Below, piece by piece: positions 8,772-18,636 of a stretch of 55,307 bases of DNA. Position 1 is the stretch's first letter. Every line of letters starts with the position of its first letter. Under the pieces are notes generated by a model. That model had not been told where the DNA came from and searched no databases. It saw nothing but the letters and a program-made list of their open reading frames with translations. Both the position numbers and the translations under genes were made by a program. This DNA comes from a virus (lineage: Duplodnaviria; Caudoviricetes). The stretch spans positions 1 to 55,307 of the IMG/VR virus record IMGVR_UViG_3300012940_000030, one strand, 5' to 3'.

Positions 8772-9590
8772 ATGCAATTGACGGACGCAACTCCGGTAAT
8801 TCCGGTCTTTCTAATCAACCTCAAACGCTCACCAGAGCGCCTTGCCGCAATGAATGTCCGTTGTCAGAGACAGGGAATTGCCTTCACGCGGATTGAGGCA
8901 ATCGACGGAAGGTGCGATGCGCTGCCGGGGTGGCTTGCGGGCCAATTCGATGGGACGCAGCTCTCGCCGGGCGAAGTCGGTTGCTACGCGAGCCACTTGT
9001 TGGCCATGGGCGCGCTTCTCAACGGGGATGCGCCAGCCTGCGTCGTGCTTGAAGATGACGTGATCTTGGCCCCAGACTTTATGCAAACGGTGCGCGAGGC
9101 CATTTCTGCGGCGCCAAAGGGGTGGGACATCATCCATCTCTCGACCAACTTCAAATCGGCCGTTAGTCGAGTTGCGAGGCTCCCACGGAATTCTTCTATC
9201 GTTGCTTACACTCGGCTTCCAACCGGTGCTGGTGCCTACATCATCAACAGAGCGGGTGCCCAGAAACTATTGAAACCCCAGCAACGCACGCGGCCGATTG
9301 ATATGGAGTTTCGCTACGGTTGGGTGCACGACCTAACACTATACGGTGTGAAGCCAGCACCAGCTGATCAGGAATCCGGTGCACTCACTGTCTCAACGAT
9401 AGAGGCCCGCGGTACACCACAGCGAAGCCGATGGAACCCAGGAATACTCTCGTGTGTCTACGGGTTCTTGCTGTCTCGCTACAGGCTTGGCGTTGTGGGC
9501 AACGTAACGACCATGTTCACTCCACCAGTGCGCCGCGGGCGAAACAAGATGAACGTGGCGCTCGTGTTGCACAAAACGGAGGGGAAGTAG
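8772..9590 (+). CDS. glycosyltransferase family 25 (LPS-biosynthesis type), moron
   Basis: INLKRSPERL, EAIDG, GEVGCYASH, VLEDD, AYIINRAGAQKLL, PID motifs; antisense to the late operon. Confidence 0.9.
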   Translation: MQLTDATPVIPVFLINLKRSPERLAAMNVRCQRQGIAFTRIEAIDGRCDALPGWLAGQFDGTQLSPGEVGCYASHLLAMGALLNGDAPACVVLEDDVILAPDFMQTVREAISAAPKGWDIIHLSTNFKSAVSRVARLPRNSSIVAYTRLPTGAGAYIINRAGAQKLLKPQQRTRPIDMEFRYGWVHDLTLYGVKPAPADQESGALTVSTIEARGTPQRSRWNPGILSCVYGFLLSRYRLGVVGNVTTMFTPPVRRGRNKMNVALVLHKTEGK

Positions 9591-9767
9591 ATGATTGCCG
9601 CATTAATTCTACTGGTATTTCTCTGCGCCTGCTTTGCCATCAGCGTCGCTGACAACGCCAGCGCTCAAAAGTCACGCGAACATGATCCAGGTCTGTGGGC
9701 AGCGCTCGATGATGCCGAGGCGCAGCGATTACGGCGAGAGGCGCGACTGTTCGGGGACCGCCGCTGA
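9591..9767 (+). CDS. small membrane/secreted protein (58 aa, not in the ORF track)
   Basis: GGAGGGG RBS; MIAALILLVFLCACFAISVA hydrophobic N-terminus; directly follows GT25. Confidence 0.55.
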   Translation: MIAALILLVFLCACFAISVADNASAQKSREHDPGLWAALDDAEAQRLRREARLFGDRR

Positions 9768-12011
9768 ATTGTCGCTAGCCTCGTTAATATCGAGGCCATC
9801 CGAGCGCATTGCGTCGAGCAACTTGCGCTCGGCCTCCTGAAACACGGCCATGGCAGCGCGGTTCTTCGACGACGCGGCCATCAGATAGGCGTTCGACCAT
9901 TTCGATAGCGCCTTGGCCGTTGCGGGCTTGGCCAACGCCTTGGCTAGAAACCGACCGGCCACGACGCCAGACGCACCCAATGCCGCGCTTGTCGGAGCCA
10001 TCACCATGGAAACAATCGCCGTTGGGATGCTGGTCGCAATCAGGCCGATACGCGCGCTTCCGCTCGGGTTTCCAAGTCGTTCCAGGGCCGCAAATTTCGT
10101 GCTCACCAGCGCCAGATCGTCGAGAGCCTGTTTATGACTCTGTGAGAACAGAGCATGCTTTCCAGAAGTCGATAGCTTGTCATAGGCGGTGCGGAATTTA
10201 GCGACGCTGAATCCGTCAGCCGTGCGTCCCATATCGGCAATCACAGCTGAAGCCAGCTCGTCCCATGCGCTTTCACCAACCGTCCGCTTGATCTGCAACA
10301 GCTGCTGAAAGTCGGCACCCTTTCCGGTGCCCGCCATGGTTCGCAGCGTACCAGCGACAGACTCCGCACTCGCGCTGCCGGTCTCCCCAAGCACCTTCTC
10401 GATTGCGTCGCGGCGGGTAACGATGTCCTTCTTGAACAGATCGACTGCGTTATCCCACGCGACGCGCGCGCGCGAACCCTGGCGACCGGCCATCTTTTCC
10501 ATGTCCGCCGTGAGCGCCGCATAGAGCGTCTTCAGCGCCTCTTTGTCCAACCCTGGTTCGGCCACGATGGCCCCGGATAGGCGCTTGCCGATTTCCTGGC
10601 GCAGAGTGTGCATGCCGTCGAAAGAAATGCCACCCGCGGCAACCGCGTCGTTGATCGATTTGTTGATCGTGTTGACGATAGTGGGAGCTTCTAGGAACGC
10701 TTCAGACGACCGACCGACAAGCGTGCTCACCGCGTTAGCCGTGTTGGATAGATCGCCACGCTTATTGCGCAGCGCCCGCTTAACCGGCGTAAATAGCTTG
10801 TCGGCGGCTTCCTCAGACCCGACGCGCGCCCATTGCAGAAGGTCGTCCTTCACGGCGTTACCGGCTGCGCGCTGGCTTCCGCTGCCCAGATTATCAACGA
10901 TCTGGCCAACCCGGTCCTCAACGCCCTTGGTGGCCTTTTGCGAGGCCTCCACAAGCGGGTGCCCTACCCACGGAATTTCCTTCAACGCGCCTGCTACCGG
11001 CTTTGCGGCGAGATTGTCTGATGCTGCACCGCGCGGGATTTGAATTCCCTGGCGTTCTGCGGCCTCAATGGCCTCCGTCGTAGCCGTTCTAGCCGGTTGC
11101 GCCGCTGGTTTGCCAAGAAGAGGACCAGTTGCCGCCCCGAGCCCAGTAGCAATAGCCGCGCGTTCGCCGTCAATGCCCTGCTCCGACCCCTGAGCCATGG
11201 CGGCAACATCCTGCACCACACTGCTACCGCCACCGCCAAGGGCACCGGTAGCGACGCGCGCGGGGATCGATCCGCCCATGCCGAATAAACCGGCAAGAGG
11301 CAGTGTAACGAGCGTCTGCGTGCCCAGTTCGTCAAAGTCACGACCGGAGACGCCTGGTTTATTCAAGTAGGCCCAGTCCTTCATGCCTGGAGCGCGGAGC
11401 ATGACGTTCTCGTACTTGTCCCTCTTGATCTCTAGGCCTGGGTAGTTGGCCTTCAAGATATCAAGCTGTGCGTTTTCGTCGGGTGTGACGGCGGAGCCCA
11501 TCGCAGCGGGCTGCGGCTGCTTAGTGGCCGAAACTAGCGCTGGCGTGAACTCCTGAGCGTCCGGGTATTCCGTCCGGTCATAACCCGTGACGGCGCTCCG
11601 AATGCGCTGAAACGGCGTCTTGGCCTCTGGATCGGCTGCAAGCGCCACCCCGGCCGCAGCACCCTCACCAGCGCCACCGGACGCGGCGCGCACGGCCTTG
11701 GTCGCACCGGTCACAATCGCATCGCGGGCGGCGTCGCGCACAGTATCGAACTCGGTCGGGGCATCGGCTGGGATGTTCGCGGAGTCCAGAGTGAACGAGC
11801 GGCTTTCATCGCTACCCGCTGGCTCTGGCGGCAAGTCGCGGAACGACTGCGCGGCGTTCTGTGCCGAGGCTGCGGCGTCGGCCTGCGTGCTTCGCGGTGC
11901 CTTCGCAGCATTTGATTGCACATACGACAACACGTCCTGCTCTGACGCATCGTCAGGCGCGGATACTTGGTAAGTTCCGCCGTCCGGTCCGGTGATGCGG
12001 TAGGTCGCCAT
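9729..12011 (-). CDS. DNA ejection / internal virion protein
   Basis: MATYRITGPDG..Y.V.AP N-terminus, Ala-rich, NPSGSA near the C-terminus; position after gp7-like gene. Confidence 0.75.
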   Translation of the reverse strand: MATYRITGPDGGTYQVSAPDDASEQDVLSYVQSNAAKAPRSTQADAAASAQNAAQSFRDLPPEPAGSDESRSFTLDSANIPADAPTEFDTVRDAARDAIVTGATKAVRAASGGAGEGAAAGVALAADPEAKTPFQRIRSAVTGYDRTEYPDAQEFTPALVSATKQPQPAAMGSAVTPDENAQLDILKANYPGLEIKRDKYENVMLRAPGMKDWAYLNKPGVSGRDFDELGTQTLVTLPLAGLFGMGGSIPARVATGALGGGGSSVVQDVAAMAQGSEQGIDGERAAIATGLGAATGPLLGKPAAQPARTATTEAIEAAERQGIQIPRGAASDNLAAKPVAGALKEIPWVGHPLVEASQKATKGVEDRVGQIVDNLGSGSQRAAGNAVKDDLLQWARVGSEEAADKLFTPVKRALRNKRGDLSNTANAVSTLVGRSSEAFLEAPTIVNTINKSINDAVAAGGISFDGMHTLRQEIGKRLSGAIVAEPGLDKEALKTLYAALTADMEKMAGRQGSRARVAWDNAVDLFKKDIVTRRDAIEKVLGETGSASAESVAGTLRTMAGTGKGADFQQLLQIKRTVGESAWDELASAVIADMGRTADGFSVAKFRTAYDKLSTSGKHALFSQSHKQALDDLALVSTKFAALERLGNPSGSARIGLIATSIPTAIVSMVMAPTSAALGASGVVAGRFLAKALAKPATAKALSKWSNAYLMAASSKNRAAMAVFQEAERKLLDAMRSDGLDINEASDNSAAVPEQSRLSP

Positions 12012-13522
12012 TAGTCAACCCTCTGGATCGACCAGCCGCCAGCACCAGATTGAGGCGGCGCAACAGGGTTCGCCACTTGACCGGTTGTCGGATTCGGTAC
12101 GGCAGCAGCACCAAAGCGCTTCACATCCGCCTCGTAGGCTTGCCGCTTCAGCACGGCAAACTTCTGTTTGATTTCCTTGACGCGGTTCAGGTTGAAGATG
12201 AGCTGTTCTCGGCTCTGAGACTGCTGAACGCTTGCCCACGTCGATTGCAACAGCGCAAGCTCGCGCTCTGTAACGTTGCCGAGCGCGCCACCCGTAGGTG
12301 AGTTGTCACGCATCTGTTGCAGCGTATCGAAGCCGAGGTTGGATTGCACCTCCAGGAGCGTGTTTGATAGGTCGTGCGCCGCGGTGCCCGGAACTTTCGC
12401 GAGCTGGCTACCAATGAGACCAGTCGTCCACGCGGTGGACTGTGCAATTGCGCGATCAATGGTGCCAGGAGTGGCCGGTTTGCTCTTGTCGCCCGGCGTT
12501 CCGGGGTCGCCAAGAAGATTCTTGTTCTTGATCTCAAGCTCAGCGAGAGCGTTCGCAGCCTTCGGCAACGATGCTTCGCCTTCTGCCTGGTTCTTGCCTC
12601 GCACCTGTTCTGCCGCCGCGCCCGCAACATCCTTTGTAACCGTGCGCACGGTTTGACCTGAGCCCTTGTCGTAAAGCTCCGTGCTCGTCCCACGATCAAG
12701 CTCGCCAACACCAGCAGACTGCGTGCCGCCTACAGGCGACCACGAGCCGTCAGGTTGACGCTGGATTTTCTGCGGACGGCCGGTCACGGGGTCGAAAATC
12801 TCAGAGATGGTACCCGCTTCCTTCGCGTTAGCACCGCCGCGAATTGCGTCACCGACATTGCGCACGGGCCGTCCGGTCGCCTTATCAATAGCGGTATCGC
12901 CCACGACCTCTACGCCGCGGGCCGGGGACAATGGGATGACCTGCGGCGGCGCGTCGTCACCACCCGCTGATGGGCCGCCCGAGAACGCCAGCGGCTCAAC
13001 TTTCTTCGTGCCGTCTGCGCCGAACTGCACTGTGTAGAACTGCCCGTCAGCGCCCTGAACAACGGCGCCAGTCTTTCCGAACTGGCCACCCGAACCGCCA
13101 CCAAGAGCGCCGCGAACGTTTAGCTCTTTCCACTGAGCCTGCTGTTCCGGGGGAAGCTTGCTGTAATACTCGAATTCTTGTGCGCTGGTCGGAAGCCCAT
13201 CCGTCTTGCGCAAGCTTGCTGCCGTCTGAGCTACCTTCGCCGCGGCTTCCGGGTGCCCGGCCCGCATCAGACGCGACGCCGCGGCCTGTGCGTTGAAGTT
13301 CCCATCAGCGTCATAGATGGACTCATCGGCCAAGGCCGCCTTTAACGCCGCGTCCTCGCTCGACGCACGACCGCGAGCCGCGCGTGATGCCGCAAGCTGC
13401 TCCTGTGCCGCTCGCTGCTTCAATGCGTTTTCCTGCGACCGTGTGTATTCGTTGTAGAGGTCGCCAAGCTGTGAGAAGTCGATCTGCGCGCCCGCAAAGG
13501 GCGAGGATTGCCAACCGGCCAT
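12011..13522 (-). CDS. DNA ejection protein
   Basis: SPTGGALGNVTERELALLQ motif of podophage ejection proteins. Confidence 0.75.
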   Translation of the reverse strand: MAGWQSSPFAGAQIDFSQLGDLYNEYTRSQENALKQRAAQEQLAASRAARGRASSEDAALKAALADESIYDADGNFNAQAAASRLMRAGHPEAAAKVAQTAASLRKTDGLPTSAQEFEYYSKLPPEQQAQWKELNVRGALGGGSGGQFGKTGAVVQGADGQFYTVQFGADGTKKVEPLAFSGGPSAGGDDAPPQVIPLSPARGVEVVGDTAIDKATGRPVRNVGDAIRGGANAKEAGTISEIFDPVTGRPQKIQRQPDGSWSPVGGTQSAGVGELDRGTSTELYDKGSGQTVRTVTKDVAGAAAEQVRGKNQAEGEASLPKAANALAELEIKNKNLLGDPGTPGDKSKPATPGTIDRAIAQSTAWTTGLIGSQLAKVPGTAAHDLSNTLLEVQSNLGFDTLQQMRDNSPTGGALGNVTERELALLQSTWASVQQSQSREQLIFNLNRVKEIKQKFAVLKRQAYEADVKRFGAAAVPNPTTGQVANPVAPPQSGAGGWSIQRVD

Positions 13523-13544
13523 GATCCGTCCCGTTTATGATCCG

Positions 13545-14282
13545 TTATGCGGGCGTGACAGTTGCGCCCCACGAGCCAAGCCCAACATCTCCTAGACCGG
13601 CGCCCCCCCCGGCAAACGAAGCAGCGAGCTTTCCGACACCAAGGATTGCAGCCCACTGATTGGCGTTCGCGGCCTGCTCGGCGGCGTACTGGTCCTGGAT
13701 CATCTGCGCATTCGAGTTGCCGACGCCAGTTTCCTTGCCCCAAGCCAAGTTGCCGATGTTCGTGTTCGTGTTGTTGATCGTGTTCGCCAACTGATCGAGC
13801 TGTGACGCCTGCTGACCCGCAGCCGTCTGACCGCTACCTGACACGACGCCAAGGTTGTTCAAATAGTTCTGCCACTCTTGGTTGGCCACGCCCTGAGAGA
13901 ACGTGATGCTGTCGGCATTCGTGTTGCCAGAGCCGAGCATGCCGCGTGCTGATGCGCGCCGATCAATCGCGTCTAGACCGCTCTCAAGTGCAAACTCGTA
14001 GCCGGGCGATGTCTGAAACGCCGAAACTGCCGCGTCTCGACCTTCTTGACCATTCAGGCCCAACGCATTGGCGCGTGCGGTCTCCGCGGCGGCGCCTGAG
14101 TTATACCACGTATCAAATAGATTCTTGGCCTCACCGTATTTCTCGGTCGCGCCCTCTAGGCCCTTGTTGAAATAGCCTGATGCTTGGTCAAAGCCTTTGT
14201 TCAGGCCGCTGTTGCGAGCTGCCGCAGCGTTCGCGGCGGCTTCCTTGCCGTCACTGCTGCTGAAAATGTCCCAGAACGCCAT
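13545..14282 (-). CDS. DNA transfer protein, P22 gp7-like
   Basis: FQTSPGYEF...SARGMLGSGNT motif. Confidence 0.8.
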   Translation of the reverse strand: MAFWDIFSSSDGKEAAANAAAARNSGLNKGFDQASGYFNKGLEGATEKYGEAKNLFDTWYNSGAAAETARANALGLNGQEGRDAAVSAFQTSPGYEFALESGLDAIDRRASARGMLGSGNTNADSITFSQGVANQEWQNYLNNLGVVSGSGQTAAGQQASQLDQLANTINNTNTNIGNLAWGKETGVGNSNAQMIQDQYAAEQAANANQWAAILGVGKLAASFAGGGAGLGDVGLGSWGATVTPA

Positions 14283-14291
14283 CTAGGCCCC

Positions 14292-14672
14292 CTATTGCTT
14301 GATTACCCGCGCGCGGAGCGTTCCGCTCGCGAGGTTGAGTGCGCCGCCAGATTCATTCTGCATCCGCACCGAAACCGTATCCGCCGCAGACACCCAGGCC
14401 GTGAGCGTGATGCCCTGAAGGTTCAGCGAGAAGGACGCCATAGCGAAGTCGCCTAGCGCAGCGCCCGTGACCGTGATCGTGGTTGTCTCGCCCGTACCGT
14501 CCGCGAGGTTCGAGGGATCGAACGTCTTGGAGCCCTCAAGCCCTTGCAGAACACGCAAAAGCCGGTCCATCGACTTCAAGTAATCCCACCACACGCGGCT
14601 GACGACGCCAACAATACCCTCAAGCCAGTTGAGGTGCGGTTCCGGGAGCGGCCTGAGGACAGGTAGGCTCAT
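14292..14672 (-). CDS. small structural protein
   Basis: TITVTGAALGDF...VSAADTVSVRMQN beta-rich domain; ATGA coupling. Confidence 0.7.
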   Translation of the reverse strand: MSLPVLRPLPEPHLNWLEGIVGVVSRVWWDYLKSMDRLLRVLQGLEGSKTFDPSNLADGTGETTTITVTGAALGDFAMASFSLNLQGITLTAWVSAADTVSVRMQNESGGALNLASGTLRARVIKQ

Positions 14673-16096
14673 GACTTGGCCCGAACAGACGCCGCCTGGT
14701 CACCGGCTATAAGCGTGGCGTCCACAGGATCAGAGATTTCCAGTCTCCAGCGGCGGCCAACGGGACCAGTCAGCCCCGTGTTCAGCACCGTAACCCGTGT
14801 CTGAGACTGCTGTTGCCGTCCGAGGCTACGCACCAACGGATTCGACCAGTAGACGCCTCCATCATCTGTCCATGAAATGCGTACTGATGGACTTGTCTCG
14901 ACAGGGTCGCGTCCTGGCGCAATGCCGACACCCACAATGAAATCGAAATCAGCGCGCGCGACCTGAATGCGTTGCGGGAACTTCTGCACCGGGCCGGATT
15001 CAATCGTCACCACAAGCGGCGAGCCTAATTCTTCGCGTGCATCGCGAGAAATCTGCGCAATCTTTCCGCTAAGCACGTCCCCGCAAAGCCAGCGCCCGTC
15101 GAATGGGAATGACTGCGTAATCCGTGAGCGCGGTTGCAGGTAGCTCCGGCGCTCGTGCCATTTCTTTGTGTTCAAGTCGAACACCCATGACCACGCCGCG
15201 CACGAAACCTGCCAGAACTTATGACCTCCCGACGAATAGACGCACGCCTCAATCGTCGTCTTGTCCGTAATGGCCTCAATCAGCCGGTCAAGGTCGGGGG
15301 GTGACACCTTGTCCGCCGCATATCCGTTGAGCATGCGGACAGTGTTGTCATCCGCCACCCACAACAGGAACTCGCTGAACTCATCGCCACCGCCTGCAAT
15401 CGCGTGGGCTCCGATCAATCCGGCTGCAATCGTGTACGAGTACGAGAACGGGAAACCAGTGGCGTTGCCGGTGTTGGTCCAGACTTCCATTGTGCGAGGC
15501 CCGCACAAGATCATCTGCGAACGATATGGAACAGGCCGCAGCAGGCCGTCCGGGTTCTGCTCCGCCGTCGCCAGATCGAGCGTGTTGATCGACGTTGAGT
15601 TAATGCCGCTCGTGCGCACCTTGCCGTCACCGTAGGTGAAGAAGAAATACCCGGCGAGAAAGGCCACTGCATTAGGGGAGCCGACATCAGCGTCTGGATA
15701 TTCCTCAACACCACTCGATGTAATGACCGAGACGCCGATGTCTCCGACGACCACGACGTCAGGGGTTGAGTTGTTGTTGCGAGCCAGAAACAGCTTGTCA
15801 GAACCAGCAAATGAGCCGTGAGTCGTTACCAGCCAGTCTGTTCCGTCACTCGTGGCGCCCTCTTCGATGGCAAGGATTGCGTCCTTGAAGCCAACGTAGA
15901 CCACACCGGGCATGACGATGGCGCCGCGGAATGTCTCTGAGCCTGTGTCCACAAACTCGCTCAGACCGGGAGCGCGCCGCCAGAGTGGGCCGAGTCCTTC
16001 GCCGCGCGGCTCTGCATACGTGTTGATCAGACGCCCCGCGGATTCCTGGGGGCGCTCGCCTGGGGCGCTGCTCAACGGGAAGGGGATGGCCGTCAT
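14669..16096 (-). CDS. tail hub / packaged DNA stabilization protein, P22 gp10-like
   Basis: RLIN.YAE, AEQNPDGL, WVFDLNTKKWHER, SWTDDGG..WSN, ISDPV motifs. Confidence 0.85.
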   Translation of the reverse strand: MTAIPFPLSSAPGERPQESAGRLINTYAEPRGEGLGPLWRRAPGLSEFVDTGSETFRGAIVMPGVVYVGFKDAILAIEEGATSDGTDWLVTTHGSFAGSDKLFLARNNNSTPDVVVVGDIGVSVITSSGVEEYPDADVGSPNAVAFLAGYFFFTYGDGKVRTSGINSTSINTLDLATAEQNPDGLLRPVPYRSQMILCGPRTMEVWTNTGNATGFPFSYSYTIAAGLIGAHAIAGGGDEFSEFLLWVADDNTVRMLNGYAADKVSPPDLDRLIEAITDKTTIEACVYSSGGHKFWQVSCAAWSWVFDLNTKKWHERRSYLQPRSRITQSFPFDGRWLCGDVLSGKIAQISRDAREELGSPLVVTIESGPVQKFPQRIQVARADFDFIVGVGIAPGRDPVETSPSVRISWTDDGGVYWSNPLVRSLGRQQQSQTRVTVLNTGLTGPVGRRWRLEISDPVDATLIAGDQAASVRAKS

Positions 16097-16447
16097 CTAG
16101 AAATAGGCCGTCCGCAGAGGCTTATACGTTGGACCACTCGCGCTCTTGATGCGCAGCTTGGCCTCTGCGGCCTGCGCAGCGGCCGGAAGCTCAGCGTTGC
16201 CGCTCAGCCCAAATGCATGGCGGCAGGCGTTTGCGCAGCAGATTGCGAAGTCGTCGAAGATACTTGCATCAATCTCTTCCGTATCGCTGACGTAGTAGAC
16301 ATCGCGCGCAATCAGGTCTTCCGCTGTCGGGTCTATGTAACCGTCGATGCGGGCGATGTCCTCGTTGGCTAAGCTCTGCCCAGCGGCCAAGACCCCGAGC
16401 GCTTCGCCCGCACGGTCGATAAGTTCACGCCGTGTTTTTGTGCTCAT
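16097..16447 (-). CDS. head-tail adaptor, P22 gp4-like
   Basis: KTRRELIDRA...LGVLAAGQ N-terminus, ends in YF; precedes the gp10-like gene. Confidence 0.75.
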   Translation of the reverse strand: MSTKTRRELIDRAGEALGVLAAGQSLANEDIARIDGYIDPTAEDLIARDVYYVSDTEEIDASIFDDFAICCANACRHAFGLSGNAELPAAAQAAEAKLRIKSASGPTYKPLRTAYF

Positions 16448-16635
16448 TGCGCCTGCCCTTGTGCGTACCGCTCAGCGACCTCGGCAACGATGTGCTGCAC
16501 AAACGCAGCATCGCTCGCGTACCTGATCGGGTTTCCGTCCTCGTCTCGTTCGGGGTTGGCATTGTAGGCATCGCGTGCCGCTGCCAACCCAGCCAACTGC
16601 TCCGGTTCCTCGACCACAACAGTGAAGACGCTCAA
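16444..16635 (-). CDS. hypothetical protein
   Basis: GGAGG RBS, coupled on both sides. Confidence 0.6.
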   Translation of the reverse strand: MSVFTVVVEEPEQLAGLAAARDAYNANPERDEDGNPIRYASDAAFVQHIVAEVAERYAQGQAQ

Positions 16636-18008
16636 GCCGCAGCCTCCAGAACATCATCGAACCAAGCCTGTTCGGGTGCACCGTAGACTTCGCGGGTCCA
16701 CCCACTCATCGAGCGCACCACGGAGCCCCAGTCGCGTTTGTGCCGCAGCCATGGGCGCCTGTAGTGCTCAACCTCCCGCGGAGACCACGGAACGTCGTCA
16801 AAGAAGTGTGGTGAACTTTCTAGCGGACACCCGGCCAGCACGACTTTCTGTGCCCCAAGAGACAATGCGACTTCCGTTGCAAGAGCTGCCGACCCACCAC
16901 CAGGATTAATCACCCGGGAGAAGTTCGGCGCGGCGTCCAGGTGCTCGGCGGTCCAGAGCGTGCGCGAGGGCTCAAACCCGGCATCCTCACGCATCTTTGC
17001 CCAGCGCTGGAGCTTCTGTGGGTGCATCGAGCACCAGGCATCGATCTTGCCGCCGTACACCGTGCCAATATCGTTGACGGCAACCACGAGGTCGAACTTG
17101 CCCAGTGCTTCAGCGGCCTTGATGTCCTCGTGCACGCAATGGGCGCCGCCGATCACGAGTGCGGTGCGGCCCTCCGGTGCATTCTCTGTAACGGACTTCG
17201 GCATCGCAGTCCGCGCGAACTCCCACGCTTTGCCCGATGCGATTTCGCGGATCGTCCACTGACGCCACGCCATACGCCTGCACCAATCGGAACGGTCTGG
17301 CGTGATCACCGCGGCGTCCAGTCCGTGCCCGGCGACCGGCCAACTCATAGAGCCCTGATCGCAGGCGATGACCGGAACACCGGCCATGACCGCATCGCAC
17401 CCCGTGTTGCTGTTCCACGTCACGGCCACAGCGGCACCCGACAGAGCCTCCCGCAGATCACCGCCACACGTGATATCGCGTAGGTACTCTGAGGGCTGGC
17501 CCTTGTTGGCCGCCATGGGGTGGGGCCGGAACCGGGCTTCAACACCGCGGCTCTCGAAATGCCTAGCGGCCTGTTCGTACCATGGATTGAGGTCCAGACC
17601 AGCTAACGCCGCATCGCCCGGAACCTGTCCGCATATCAGCGCATAGCCGCTCGGGTTCGGATGCCACGGGCGCAACAGGTGCCCGAAATGCACATTGAAC
17701 CTCTCGCCGTTATCTCCCGGCTCATTCCACTTCGCGCGCCCGTTCAGGCCATTCCAGCCTAACGAGGTCCAGAGGAACCGATCTGAGAGGTAGCCGCGCT
17801 CCATGACAAGGACATTGCATCCCAGATCGCGCAGCCGTTGACCCTCTCGCCAGCCCCAGCAGACAACGAACTCCCCTTTGTCGGGCACCGTGCCTTTGGG
17901 CGCTATGATCGGATTATAGCCGTGCCTGCGGAGACCGTCGCGCATGGCAACAGCATGCTCGTTCATGGCCCCGCGGCGATTGGAGATAACGTAGATTGTG
18001 CGGCTCAT
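16632..18008 (-). CDS. fused glycosyltransferase: KpsS/KpsC (Capsule_synth)-like domain + Maf/Cst-II-like domain
   Basis: MERGY, GQVPGD, RFRPHP, TWNSNTG.DAV.AGVP; then ALVIGGA...VAVND...GS...A..LGAQKVVLAG...HFFD. Confidence 0.7.
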   Translation of the reverse strand: MSRTIYVISNRRGAMNEHAVAMRDGLRRHGYNPIIAPKGTVPDKGEFVVCWGWREGQRLRDLGCNVLVMERGYLSDRFLWTSLGWNGLNGRAKWNEPGDNGERFNVHFGHLLRPWHPNPSGYALICGQVPGDAALAGLDLNPWYEQAARHFESRGVEARFRPHPMAANKGQPSEYLRDITCGGDLREALSGAAVAVTWNSNTGCDAVMAGVPVIACDQGSMSWPVAGHGLDAAVITPDRSDWCRRMAWRQWTIREIASGKAWEFARTAMPKSVTENAPEGRTALVIGGAHCVHEDIKAAEALGKFDLVVAVNDIGTVYGGKIDAWCSMHPQKLQRWAKMREDAGFEPSRTLWTAEHLDAAPNFSRVINPGGGSAALATEVALSLGAQKVVLAGCPLESSPHFFDDVPWSPREVEHYRRPWLRHKRDWGSVVRSMSGWTREVYGAPEQAWFDDVLEAAA

Positions 18009-18584
18009 CTAATCCCTGACAGCATCGACGATCAGCGTTCTGCCGATCAATTCGGGGACAACGGGAGAAACCTTGTCGGCCTGGCCAAACCATGCGGTTA
18101 CGCGCCAGCCGCATTCCTTGAGACGCTTCGTGAACTGTGCCAGCGTGTAGTGGCGCTGGTGAAATGGGTTCTTGCGCGGATCGAACGGGAACACGTCTTC
18201 GTTCGGAACGCTCGCGAGAAGTCTGGGAGCCGCCTCGCGCGCCGCCGTCAGAAACCGCTTGGGGCGCTTCAGGTGCTCGATGGTCTCGAAGCTAACGACC
18301 ACGTCAGACTGTGGAAGCTCTGGGCATTCCAGATCGCACTTTACCCAATCGATAGTTTCGCGTGTCCAGTGCTTCTTAGCGTATGCGAGAGCTAAATCGG
18401 ATACGTCTATCCCGACCACATCACAGCCGACATCAGCGAGCATCGCAGAGCCATACCCACACCCGCATGCGGCATCGATAACACGCTTACCGCTGATACG
18501 ATTAGCCGCCCACCTGTACCGGGAAAGGTGATCGAGGCGGATGTCAGCGAGGTCGGCTTTGAACAAACGCTCTTGTGCTGCCAT
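18009..18584 (-). CDS. class I SAM-dependent methyltransferase (glycan-type)
   Basis: HLSRYRWA, VIDAACGCGYG, GIDVS, SFETIEH, SVPN, NPFH. Confidence 0.9.
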   Translation of the reverse strand: MAAQERLFKADLADIRLDHLSRYRWAANRISGKRVIDAACGCGYGSAMLADVGCDVVGIDVSDLALAYAKKHWTRETIDWVKCDLECPELPQSDVVVSFETIEHLKRPKRFLTAAREAAPRLLASVPNEDVFPFDPRKNPFHQRHYTLAQFTKRLKECGWRVTAWFGQADKVSPVVPELIGRTLIVDAVRD

Positions 18585-18602
18585 GGGCCCTCAAGCGGGA
18601 TA

Positions 18603-18628
18603 GGGAGTGGCAGTTGCCCGCCACTCCC
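18603..18628 (-). terminator. stem-loop after the major capsid gene (no U-tract)
   Basis: GGGAGTGGC...GCCACTCCC inverted repeat. Confidence 0.5.
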
Positions 18629-18636
18629 GTTGATCG

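Noticed and set aside
18009-18584. DNA methyltransferase
   Set aside because: Lacks DPPY/NPPY or PC motifs; resembles glycan/small-molecule methyltransferases
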